A stretch of DNA of 64,000 bases, taken from NCBI GenBank assembly GCA_950097015.1, contig CATNEN010000001.1, forward strand, positions 4,960,001 to 5,024,000. Direction: 5' to 3'. The translations under genes were made by a program, and so were the position numbers. Source of the DNA: Macrostomum hystrix (Eukaryota > Animalia > Platyhelminthes). Under the pieces are notes generated by a model that was given only the letters and a program-made list of their open reading frames with translations, had not been told where the DNA came from and searched no databases. Shown here one piece after another: positions 26,302-36,946 of the stretch (within the stretch, counting starts at the first letter, position 1; each line of letters starts with the position of its first letter).

Positions 26302-27042
26302 TCAGGTAGAGAAGGTAGACACGCAGCTGGTAAGCGAGCTCAGTAAGCTTGTCACGTGAGGAGCCATAAATGGAATATCTCAAATGAGTTATCAGTATGT
26401 ATGACTAGAATTGCACTAGAATTGCACTTGCAAAACAAAAAAATGTCAAGTCTAAATTAGAAAATTTTATTGCAATAAATATATTTCTAGACAGTGATAC
26501 ATCTTTACAAAAAATCAAGGCAAAATATTGTAAATCGATTAAAGTACGACCTATAAAATACTGAAGCTTGGATTCACAAAAGAGCGATCTAACAGTATAA
26601 TATGAACTCATAATTTGTGTCATTTTCGAAACTAAACAATGTACTTTTAAAGTTTTTTTACAGCATAACAGCAGGTCTAGACATCACAAATGAGCACAGG
26701 TGGTTAAAGAGCAAGTGTGATGTTTAGTCACATGCCCCTTGAAAGATCAGTCTAAATCTCCGAATCAGTCGCCACACATCTTGTAACCATGCTGTTGCTC
26801 GAATGAGACTGGTCCCTCGCCGCTGCAAAGTCGTTTTAACGCGTTAAGCCGTTCTTAGAAGCGAAAAGCATTCTTACAGCAACTGTTCAAGACATCTCCA
26901 GACAACTGAGGCGTGAGAGAAATTGCCTCAGACTCAGAAATTGAGGAGCGTCGTCATCGCTAAGCTCCTGAAATAGGAAATGTTTAGAAACAAGAAATAA
27001 AAATAATTTGCAACTGCTCTGATTTTGACAAATTTGCACACA

Positions 27043-27240
27043 CGGCTGTTCAGTCCATGGACTGGGGAGACGCCACACCACCCCTCAGTCATCACAACCA
27101 ATGCTGGTACCAACTGGGTTTAACAACTGGGTAAACACTGAATCAATGCAGGGATATTACTAAGGGACACAAACTCTTCTAGTAAAGGCGGGAATCGAAC
27201 CCCCGACCTTCAAGCCGTGAGTCCGATGCTTTGACCACTT
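27043..27240 (-). mobile_element. SINE family A copy
   Basis: Reverse of GGACTCACGGCTTGAAGGTCGGGGGTTCGATTCCCG...CCCCAGTCCATGGACTGAACAG. Confidence 0.82.
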
Positions 27241-27292
27241 TGGTTGGAATCACTTAGTATTAACTACTTACTGTTGCAAAAGTAGCATTAAC

Positions 27293-27654
27293 AATAAAAA
27301 TAATTGCAGGAGGGCTGCGGGCAATGGCACATCATTTAATGACACTAGACCCGCAGCCAGCGAGGAGGCAATTCTGCCCATTCCGCTGACTCCTGAGCAC
27401 ACAGGCACACAGATACTGTACGCCGACACACGCTCACACAGGTGTGTACATCTGCCCTGACTTTCTCATCGTCAGGCAGTGTACACTTCACTGTGCCTTG
27501 GAGGTTGGCCCAAAAGGGCGTAAATTGCACGACAAGCCCCCAAGCCTTCTCTCCGCGGCTGCGCCCCAAATGAATGTGGCCTCGCCGTGGAATCGAACTT
27601 AGGGACCTTGGTGCGACAGGCAAACGCGATAACCGCTCTGCGACCGACCCCCCC
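27293..27654 (-). mobile_element. SINE family B, near full length
   Basis: Head GGGGGTCGGTCGCAGAGCGG (A box) and AGTTCGATTCC (B box), family body, tail GCAGCCCTCCTGCAATTATTTTTATT. Confidence 0.9.
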
Positions 27655-27929
27655 TAATATTAAATGGTAACTAAGCAATAGTATGGACACTTATGCACTA
27701 CCGTTTGTCCTTCAATTATTTGCAATCAACAATCGGGAAAAAAAATTAAACAACAAACAAGTTTTACATTATAAATAAACAAAACGTACCATAAAGAAAT
27801 GCGGTTTTTTTAGCATAGAATAGAATAGAATCCATGCCTATCATTTTGTTTCCTATCGCAGGGTACAAACAAACACACAATGTACTTTATCTTAGATATC
27901 GATAGAATATTGACACCTAATAAACAAAT

Positions 27930-30900
27930 TCAACGCGAGTGTATTCGATAGTGCTTGGACAGGGTACTAGCCTGTGAAAACTTGCTATTACACAGTCGAC
28001 ACATAAACGGCCTCTCGCCGGTGTGCAGTCGCTTGTGATTGGCCAGACTCGATGCTAATGTGAAGCGAGCACCGCAGATTGAGCATCTGTATGGCCTCTC
28101 TCCTGTGTGTACCCTGGTGTGCTTAGCCAGCGTACTAGAATGGGCGAAACCCATGCCGCACTGACTGCATTGGAATGGCTTGTCGCCCGTGTGCGATCTC
28201 TGGTGACAGCGAAGGTCGAATTCGCGAGTGAATCGCATGTCGCATCGCCGACAACTGAAATTTTCACTCCGGGTCTTTATTATGTCAGCGGTGAGAATGT
28301 GGCGAGGCCACATTCATTTGGGGCGCAGCCGTGGAGCGATGGCTTGGGGGCTTGTCGCGCAATTTACATCCTTGAGGGCCAGCCTCCAAGGCACAGTGAA
28401 GTGTACACATCAGCGGAAAAAACGAAGCGAGTAGGTTTGAGGCCAGTGACAGTTTCGCGATTAATGAGCGACAAAAAAAACATTTTTTATTCCTAAAGCG
28501 CCCTCTACGGCCACAAAACGCGCTGTTTTTTTACTGTTTCGTTACTTAATTTGTCACAAGTTGTTAATCACTTTGTCACTCAATATTGTCGCATTATTTT
28601 CCGTACATTAAGGACGTGATGTTGTTCAACTTTTGCATGCTCTACGAGGTCATTACATGTGCAGCTGATCATTTGAACTTTTGGGATTTTGTGAAAATTT
28701 TGTCTCTGATATTTTCCTTAAATGCGGAAATGCTGAATTGAAATAAACTGCATAATTGCATTAAACTGTATATTTTGAAACACCATGTACTTTCCATGTC
28801 GGGAAGAACTGTTTGTCCATGCGATATGCGTGAAGACAGTACTTGTTGCTACTCGCTTACATTTTACAGACAATATTATACGACACTATCAAGAGCCTGT
28901 TGATAAAGTCTATGGACATGCAGCGACGCATAGAAGCATTGCGCAAGATGACGGAGACTCGTCAACTGAGCCTGCTCTCAGCAAGACTTCCCTAGCCTGC
29001 AACAGTGGCTGCGACGTGATAACCCTGTAAAAAATTCGGCTGCTTCTTCGGCGGGTTTTTTGTGCAAAATAGGAGTGGAATCTACCGAAATCCCCTTATC
29101 TCGCAAGAGTTAAAGAAACCACCCAGGAAGCAGCCGATGTAACCGTAAATTGTGCGGAAACCGCCGAAGAATCACCCGAACCAGTGGCCCATGGGACAAC
29201 CAGAGAATTATTTACGGGCGATTCCTCGGCGGTTTCTGAGCATGGAATCCTCCGAACTGGAGGATTCTTTGGGTGATTCCATTTCGCCACCAAGAAGCTC
29301 CGAGAAATCGCCCAGTTGGGTAGATTCTAAGCATGGAATCATCCGATTGGTATGTTTCCAGCGTTCGGCTGTTTCTTTTTCTGGAAACACCGCAGATTCC
29401 AACTGGAATCACCCAAAGAAACATCCCTATTTTTTAGCGGGAATAATTATATTCTATACGCACCCTTATGTACCGATTTGTCTCTGTCTCACAACTAAGA
29501 CAAAAATCGCGCTCACAAATTAAAACTTTCAGCGAGTACTGAGCGATTTTTTACGACTCTGAAAAGTTTGCCGCGCTAGAGAGTAATTTTGAGCCACTTT
29601 TCGCCCCTAATTTTTCCGCCGGGCACTGCCTAACGATGAGAAAGTCAAGGCAGATGTACACACCTGTGTACACACCTGTGTACCACCAACTCGATGCTCT
29701 CACCTGTATGGTCGATGATCGTTGTGAGCAGCCAATAAATGTCGTCGCAGATCGCCGCTCAAAGCGTAGCGCCTGGGGCACTGGCCGCAGTGGTACGGCT
29801 TGTCCCCGGTGTGCACTCGCTGATGCACTTTCAAGTCGCCGTTGCGTAGGAAACTACGAGAACAGCGCCGGCATTGAAATGTTTTTTTACTAAACGATTG
29901 TCTGTCTAGCGCATCGTTGTTGTCTTCACCGCTGCTAGTACTACTCGAAGCTGTACTATTCGATTCGATTGATTTCGATAACATCACCGGTTTGTGTGAG
30001 GATCTTAGGAGACGATTAGGCTTAGTCTTAGCTTTGTTGCCACGGCCACAGCTGAGCTGCAGTGAGGCCTAAAACATTATTTCTATTTAAAATAAACGAT
30101 GAAAAAGTAGAGTTAAGACCTTTATCCGCTTTTAGATTTGGAAACCGTAAGCTAGCATTTGAGGTCGTGTAGGAGGTTGGGAGGTTGTAAAAGAAGGTTG
30201 TAGCCTTGTGGTTAGAGCGTCGGACTCACGACTTGAAGGTCGAGAGTTCGATTCTCGACTCCACTGGAACAGTTTGTGTCCTTAAGCAAGGAACTTTACT
30301 CTGAACTGCTTCAGTTCACCCAGCTGTTAAATGGGTACCAGAATTAGCTGGGGGTAATTGAGGGTGGGTGTGGCGTCCCCCCCAGTCCATGGACTGAAAA
30401 ACTGGTTATACGAGGGGTGTTCCAAAAGTCCTTTCCCTTTTGAGCATAGCTCAGGATGTACAGGTCTGATTGCAAAGCGGTTTTCGATGACTTATAGAAG
30501 GTGTACTGTCATCCGTGTATCCTCATCCAGAAGTGCCCAGATGCGAGGGGCAAGGTCTTTGATGAATGGAGCAGTAGGGCGGCCGGAGCGAGGTTGATCA
30601 CTCAGTTGCTCTCGACCTGCTTCAAAGCGCTCAATCCAATTGCGAACGGTGCGAAGAGTCACCGCTTGATCCTGGTATGCGGTGACCAAGGCTTGATGAA
30701 TTAGAATAGCCGACAGGTAATTTTTCCACAGTGAAAAGATCGCAGCTCGCTGTGCTTCGACACTGTGGGCATCCATGGAGGTGATCCAAACTCCAGATGT
30801 CAAAAGAGACAGCAAACTTGTTGACAAGAAGTAAGGCTTTTGAAAACACAATACTTGCAGAAAGACTCTTGTAATGTTTCAGCAAAATCTTGACATGATT

Positions 30901-32810
30901 TTGCTGAACATTTCCTTTCTTGGGCTTTAAAAATTCAAGTCAACACAACACAAGACTTGGTTTTAGGCAGAAAAATCAATCTTTGTAAACCTAATGGTAG
31001 GTGCCTATGGCCAATGCCCATATATCTCAGAAGTTGCTTTACCGTTTAGAATAAGCTTGGTGTCAAAAAAGCACAGAAAAAAGTTCTATCAGCCATCGAA
31101 AACCGCTTTGCAATCAGACCTGTACATCCTGAGCTATGCTCAAAAGGGAAAGGACTTTTGGAATACCCTCGTATGAGAAAGTCAAGGCAGATGTACACAC
31201 CTGTGTACAAAATATGTGCACAAAATACATCACAGAGATCCCCCAGTCTATGGACTGAACAGCCGTACACAGCCTTCAGATGCGCCACGCAATAGCTGCG
31301 GCTGCTCATTATGTTGACAGAAAATGGACACATTCTGTTTGCTAAGCTAAATAGAAGAAGTTAATAAATAGCCGCAAAATCCCAAAATACAAATTCCCAA
31401 AAAATCCCAATCTTAATCCGCATTAAAATTAGCTGTGCATCTGGCCAAATTCATAAGTATTATTCACTTTTTCAATCAACTTTAGTTAGGGCTGTAACAA
31501 CTCACCGAGTGACTAGTTTGAGGTTGGCTTTCTAAATTTAATCGTTCAAGAACAACCACAGCAACACGCTGACACAAATTGAAGTCGTCCTGCACTGTGC
31601 CAACAGAATCTGTTGTTGAGCAGCTATCGTCAGTGGAAACACAATCAAGCTCAGTCGTCTGGTTAAACTTGAGTACAGAGCGAGATCTGAGCTGCCAGCT
31701 AGAATCCTAGACAATTTTTCAAAGTTCGATTTGTAGCTATCTTAGACGATATTTTTTTATAATCTGAAATAACTACTCACCGATTTATCGACATTACAAT
31801 TCTCCGGCAATACTGCGTCTAAGACTGGGTCGTCTGCCAATTGCTCAAGTTGCTCTTCGCCAGATTGACCTGCTTTGTTCTGAGAGGCTGCAATCCGTAC
31901 AGCAACAGCAGGAGGAGGAGGAGGAGCAGGAGCCTTTTGGGTGGGAAGGTAAGGGAGGGCGGTAGAATTTTTTAAATTGATGTACAAATGATGGGACTGG
32001 AGATAAGGTTACTCTATTTATAACCAATGAGATTTGAATAGAATGTCATTCGCTCTAGCCAATGAGATTTGACTTAAGGACAAATCAGTTATAGCCGATT
32101 GGATTAGTCAATAATGAGCTGACTCTAGCCAATGGGATTCGATTATAATGTAATTCACTCTAGCCAATAGGGCCAGACTATAATGAAATCCACTCTAGCC
32201 AATGATATTCGACTATAATGAAATCCACTCTAGCCAATGATATTCGACTATAATGTAATTCACTCTAGCCAATAGGGCCAGACTATAATGAAATCCACTC
32301 TAGCCAATGAGATTCGAATTTAGGGCAATTCACTCTAGCCAATGAGATTCGACTTTGTGGTGATTCACTGGCAACCAATGAGATTCAACTAAAGAGTAAT
32401 TTAAATGCAGTTTAGACAATTGGGTTATAAACATTATGTACAGATTTACTGCTAACTAATGGGATTCGAGTTTGAGGTAATCCACCCATAATCAACACTA
32501 CCTAGTTGGGATAATTTGGAAGCTTAATAAATTAAATGCTAGATTAATTTCCATAATCAGTGTTCTACTAAGAAAGAGACTAGTAAATCTGATTTAAACT
32601 TACCTCACCAGTTTGTTGGTCATTTGACACATTATTTTCATGTACATCTGGCTCAGACGAGTGATATTCAACATCCTCATGTATGACTAGAGTTGAAATA
32701 TCCGATTGGCAGTGTGATACAAAATGGCTGTAGTATAAAAATAGCTGAGACGACTTGTACCTCTTGGTGCATAATGGGCATCGAGTGGAATGATGCAGAG
32801 GTTGCATCAT
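27930..32810 (-). CDS. C2H2 zinc-finger protein, ~416 aa, 5 coding exons
   Basis: Exons 32810-32604, 31933-31781, 31706-31506, 30068-29704 and 28254-27930; all GT-AG, phases 0,0,0,2, open throughout. One N-terminal CPLC...H...H finger plus six C-terminal fingers, mostly with TGDKP/TGERP linkers. In-frame stop upstream of ATG 32810. Confidence 0.85.
29022..29442. mobile_element. Putative MITE in a zinc-finger gene intron
   Basis: Imperfect TIRs CCCTGTAAAAAATTCGGCTGCTTCTT and AAGAAACATCCCTATTTTTTAGCGGG, with internal GGAATC/GATTCC motifs in both orientations. Confidence 0.55.
30196..30400 (+). mobile_element. SINE family A copy, truncated at the mariner insertion (3' part resumes ~31240-31285)
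   Basis: Same tRNA head and CORE-like body as 11255-11553. Confidence 0.88.
30411..31171 (-). mobile_element. Internally deleted mariner element
   Basis: TA on both sides; ~79-bp inverted ends (CGAGGGGTGTTCCAAAAG... / ...CTTTTGGAATACCCTCG); only the N-terminal HTH remains (QRAAIFSLWK...IHQALVTAY...TVRNWIERFEAG...SDQPRSGRP, ~30776-30492). Confidence 0.92.
32022..32390. repeat. ~39-bp degenerate tandem repeat, each unit with a CCAAT motif (CTCTAGCCAATGAGATTCGACTATAATG...)
   Basis: About 10 units in an intron of the zinc-finger gene. Confidence 0.88.
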
Positions 32811-33452
32811 TGCAACTTGGCAGGACAAGATAGATGATATCCTTTAACTGTAAAAATAACGTTTGATTTTAAACAAATATGTTTCACATAAAACATTAAG
32901 GCAACCATAAATTTAATTTGACATTAGAAAGGGCACTTATGGTTGCAGCACTTGAAAGCCCAAGATAACTAAATAACTTCAACATGCCAACAATGAGAGG
33001 AGGATTTTTTCATGCATTTTTCTTGCCAATTGGCTTTTACTTTTACGCTTTAATACTGATGATAAAACAATACTTAAATACAAATTGTGGCTAATATGCC
33101 TGTCCTTGCGCGTTTATTATCCTTTGTTTTTTTCTACTGTTTGAAAGCTTACGTTTCCAAGAAACACTGCTAAAATGTAATTTGCTCCATTGCCTTTTGA
33201 ATGTACACAACACAAAGTCGACAAATAGACAAATGACAACAGTGACAACAGTGTCAATGTACATGTACATATACAGTTGGCATTTGGCATTTGGGCTGCA
33301 GTGTAACATATTCACGCACCGACAAATTTGTTTGAAAGTTTCAACAATAAAAACGTATGTTGATAGTAATCGCTTCTTGAATGGTTTGTATTTAAGTATT
33401 GTTTTATCATCAGTATTAAAGCACTTTACTGACTGACAATGCAAAATTGGAT

Positions 33453-33527
33453 GGGGACCGAAAAGCAAGACCGGGCACCGAAACGCTCGGCACCGAAAAG
33501 CACAGGCACCGAAATGCGCGGAAGCCA
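33453..33527. mobile_element. Solo terminal fragment of a MULE-like element (GGCACCGAAA subterminal repeats)
   Basis: Four GG(C/G)ACCGAAA units ending GCGCGGAAGCC; no partner end seen. Confidence 0.4.
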
Positions 33528-34868
33528 TTACATCACAGTGGCATTTTAAAATCGAATTGACACTGGAACATCAAGGGGTCGAAGGGGGACCCTCTAATGG
33601 CTCTATCTCATAGTCACAAAGGCGGTAGATGTCCCATTTTTTTGCACAAACTAAGAAATTCATAGTGACAAGTGACCATTTTAATAGCTTCATATGGTAC
33701 ACATGGTGCATCTCAAATTTTGTTTCTAAAATACTTGTTTTAGATACTAATTTTTTGGTCAGAAACTTGCAATATTTGCACATCTACTTTCAGCAAAAAA
33801 TGTTTAGATAGCAACATAGCTTTTTTTAAAGTACACTTCAATTATATGTATTTAATATTTAACATAATAAAAATTAAATATATATATTTATATACAGGCC
33901 ACAGCCAGCACTTTCTATGACACAGCACAGCACGATAGACGTATTTAAATTTGAGAGGATTTTCTATTTGGATAAACGAACGAAACAAAATAACAACAAT
34001 ATTAAACACACCAAAGTTTATTACATTGTTTTGTGCAAAATTAAATTGTGTTTTGTTTTTTTAAGTATTAATGCAGACAAAAATAAATTAATAGCAAATT
34101 TAACTTTGTGCTACGCAAGCAATTTGTTTACATCGACGTGTACGGTGTCTGCTTTCTTTCTTTCTTATTTACTGTACTTCAAATAGACCGGGCCATTGAA
34201 GACAGATAGTTGTTGATTGGAAGGTTTAACCTTGGAAGGTTATGACAAGGAAATAATAATTTATGTAAAATAATTGTAAAACCATCAAAGAAGTTCCCGC
34301 AAAATTCTACCAAGAATGAAACGATTATATCAAATGAACATAACTGCCAAGTGCCAACAGTTCAAATTTGTGCCTGTAGCTTGCTTTGTGCCTGTGCTTA
34401 TGCCTATTTACAAAAATTATGCTTTTTAGGCTTTATGTGTTTTATATAGGCCTGGCTTTCGTAGGCTAGGCTTTGTCAGATTTTCATGCAAATACATACT
34501 CTTAGTCTGTCTTGAAAAACGAAATCTACTACATGTCATGATGTCATGTCACTTAGTTCGCCAGAGTCTTAGAAAGTGTGTCACAAGTGCAATTAATTCC
34601 ATGCATTAAACTCAAATTTGCACTCAAAGCAGAAACTCATATATTAGCATTTTATAAAATCTGTTTGTGACTATCACAACCACCACTCACTGAAGCAGTT
34701 AATAACAAAATTGACTAAGCCCAATTTATTTGTAGCAAAATCTGAAAATAGACTATATATTTTTTTTAAATTTTGCTAAATAGTATATATATAGGCCTAT
34801 ATATTATTCAAAATACATTAAGAAAACTGTATAAATAAATAAAGATATTATATATAAGATAGTAAATA

Positions 34869-36704
34869 TACCTTTTAACAATTTTGGACATAAGTGAAGT
34901 TTATTTAGTCCTTGGCCAGCTCAGTCCTAGAAAAGTGAATTTGATATAGGCCTAGTCAGCACTTGGGTTTTACCAAAGTCTATAGGATAGTAAAGAAATG
35001 AAATAGATTCAGTCAAGTGCCGAATTTTGAAACCTTTCCATGACTTGATTTTAGTCAAATTGAATTTTATTTAGTCATCATGGTGGCAGCTGTAGGCATT
35101 CACAGAGTTACAATCTCTGAGCAGGATTGGCAAAGACTCATCAATGCCTTTTTAGCGATGTTGATTGGCAGCAACTAGCGAGACAGCTAAACATTTCATG
35201 TCAGTCTGACAGTAATTTTATCGTTAAATATGAACAAAGTGGATGTAGGCCTATTCAGGCATTGAGACAAGGTGGAAATAAGCCAAAAGCTTTAACTGAA
35301 GCTATGCTTGACAGCCTTGTTGAATTTGTTGGTGAAACACCCACCATGATGCTCAATGACATGCTGCAATGCTTGATTATGTTGTTCCCAAACTGGCAAC
35401 CTTGTACCATTCAAACCATAAGCCATGCTCTGGATAGAAGATTGATTACTCTAAAGCTACTATGCACCATCCCAGAGACATGCAGTGCCAACCGCATCAA
35501 GCAGGAATGTTATGACTTTGCCCACTGAATCATGACCAATGGATTGGGGAAGCTAGGCCTACTGATCTACTGTGATGAAGTGGGCTGTAATGTTTGGATA
35601 GCAAGCATACATACGCAACACCCGGCCAAACTGGCTGGGTGAAACGAGGGCCAAGCAAGGTAAGTCGCAAGAATCGACCAAGAGCAAAAAAATCAAAGGG
35701 GCGACCAAGGGACAAAAAAGGAAGGCATGAAGAAAAGAAAAAAGGGGAGAGAAAAAACGAGCAAATAGAGCAAATTAAGTCGTAAATAGAGCAATGAAAC
35801 GAACTAAGTCACAAATGAGAGCAAAAACTAAGTCGCACGGCCGGCTAAGATTTTGGAGGTTGCGCATGTATGATAGCAAGGACTTAAGGTCATGTACTAT
35901 GCTGGAGTCCCTGCAAAACAAATTGTGACGAACCAATGGGGACACTATATTTTGTGTATAGCTGTCAGTCCAATGCACAGTCTAGTCTACTAGAAGACTG
36001 CGGGGCGGAATGACAGGCAAACTGTTTGCAGAGTTTATGGCTGAATTGTCTGCATTGGTTGGCGAGCCATTCTGCCTTCTTTTTGACAATGCTCATGCCC
36101 ACATGAATCCACCAGCCATGGAGGCAGAGCAAGAGGTCAAACCTTTACTACCTTATTCTCCATTTCTGAATATGACAGAGCATGCCATCTCCTCAGTGCA
36201 AGCATCACTAAAGCAATCTCTAAATCAAGTGCAGTTGCAGCGTCAGCTAGGCGACAAGAAAGCTGCCAATGCACTTGGAATTACTCTACAGGAACATCGT
36301 ACCCGCATTCTTGAGCACAAACTGGAGGCCAGTATGGCAGCTGTCACACAGTGTCACTGCGAAGCCTGGCATTGTGAGAGCCTTCAGTACATGCCCCGCA
36401 GCATTGTGATGGAGGACATCGTTGATTAAATTGAAAAGAAGGAAGTGTCGTGACATAAAGTTTTTGATTTGCATTGTTCTTGTTTAAGCTTTTGTCTAAT
36501 GGCTATAACGACTAAATAAAATTCACTTTGACCTAATAAAAGTTACAAAAGACAGATTTAGAGGGACTTGACTAAATCGATTTCATTTCTTTACTATAGT
36601 CTATGGTAAACCCCAAGTGCTGAATAAATCAAACTCACTTTTTTAGGACTGAGCTGGCCCAGGATTAAAAAAATTCACTTATGTCCAAAAAATGTTAAAA
36701 GGTA
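34869..36704 (+). mobile_element. Tc1/IS630-like transposon with ~210-bp TIRs and a pseudogenised transposase
   Basis: TA|TACCTTTTAACA... and ...TGTTAAAAGGTA|TA. Transposase pieces: RQGGNKPKALT (HTH linker), LIYCDEVGCNVW (first D), LLFDNAHAH (second D), LLPYSPFLNMTE (E). Contains stops and frameshifts. Confidence 0.9.
35606..35872. mobile_element. 267-bp hAT-type MITE nested in the Tc1-like transposase
   Basis: TIR CATACATACGCAAC / GTTGCGCATGTATG; exact 8-bp TSD ATAGCAAG (35598-35605 and 35873-35880). Confidence 0.9.
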
Positions 36705-36946
36705 TACTATGTATATGATTTTTGTATTGTATAATTTATGCTTTTGGCACATAAAACTACTATATAGGCTATAATATCTCTCAGCATTAAAAAAATCAGT
36801 ATTAGCTAGGGTGATTTTTTATTGTGCTGTTCTGTTAGATACATTTCTTGCTTTTTTCACTCTATATGTCTATATTTCACTATATATTGCACTAATTTTT
36901 GTTTCAGTTGAAAGCAGCAAAACTATCATCACAACCAGCAATAAAA

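Noticed and set aside
26887-26970. Acceptor-like site followed by a 26-codon frame between the zinc-finger gene and TrxR
   Set aside because: No recognisable homology and no phase-compatible link that I can support; may be UTR.
28255-28313. N-terminus MWPRHILTAD... of the track's zinc-finger ORF
   Set aside because: Intron and SINE-B sequence; the real exon starts at the acceptor at 28254.
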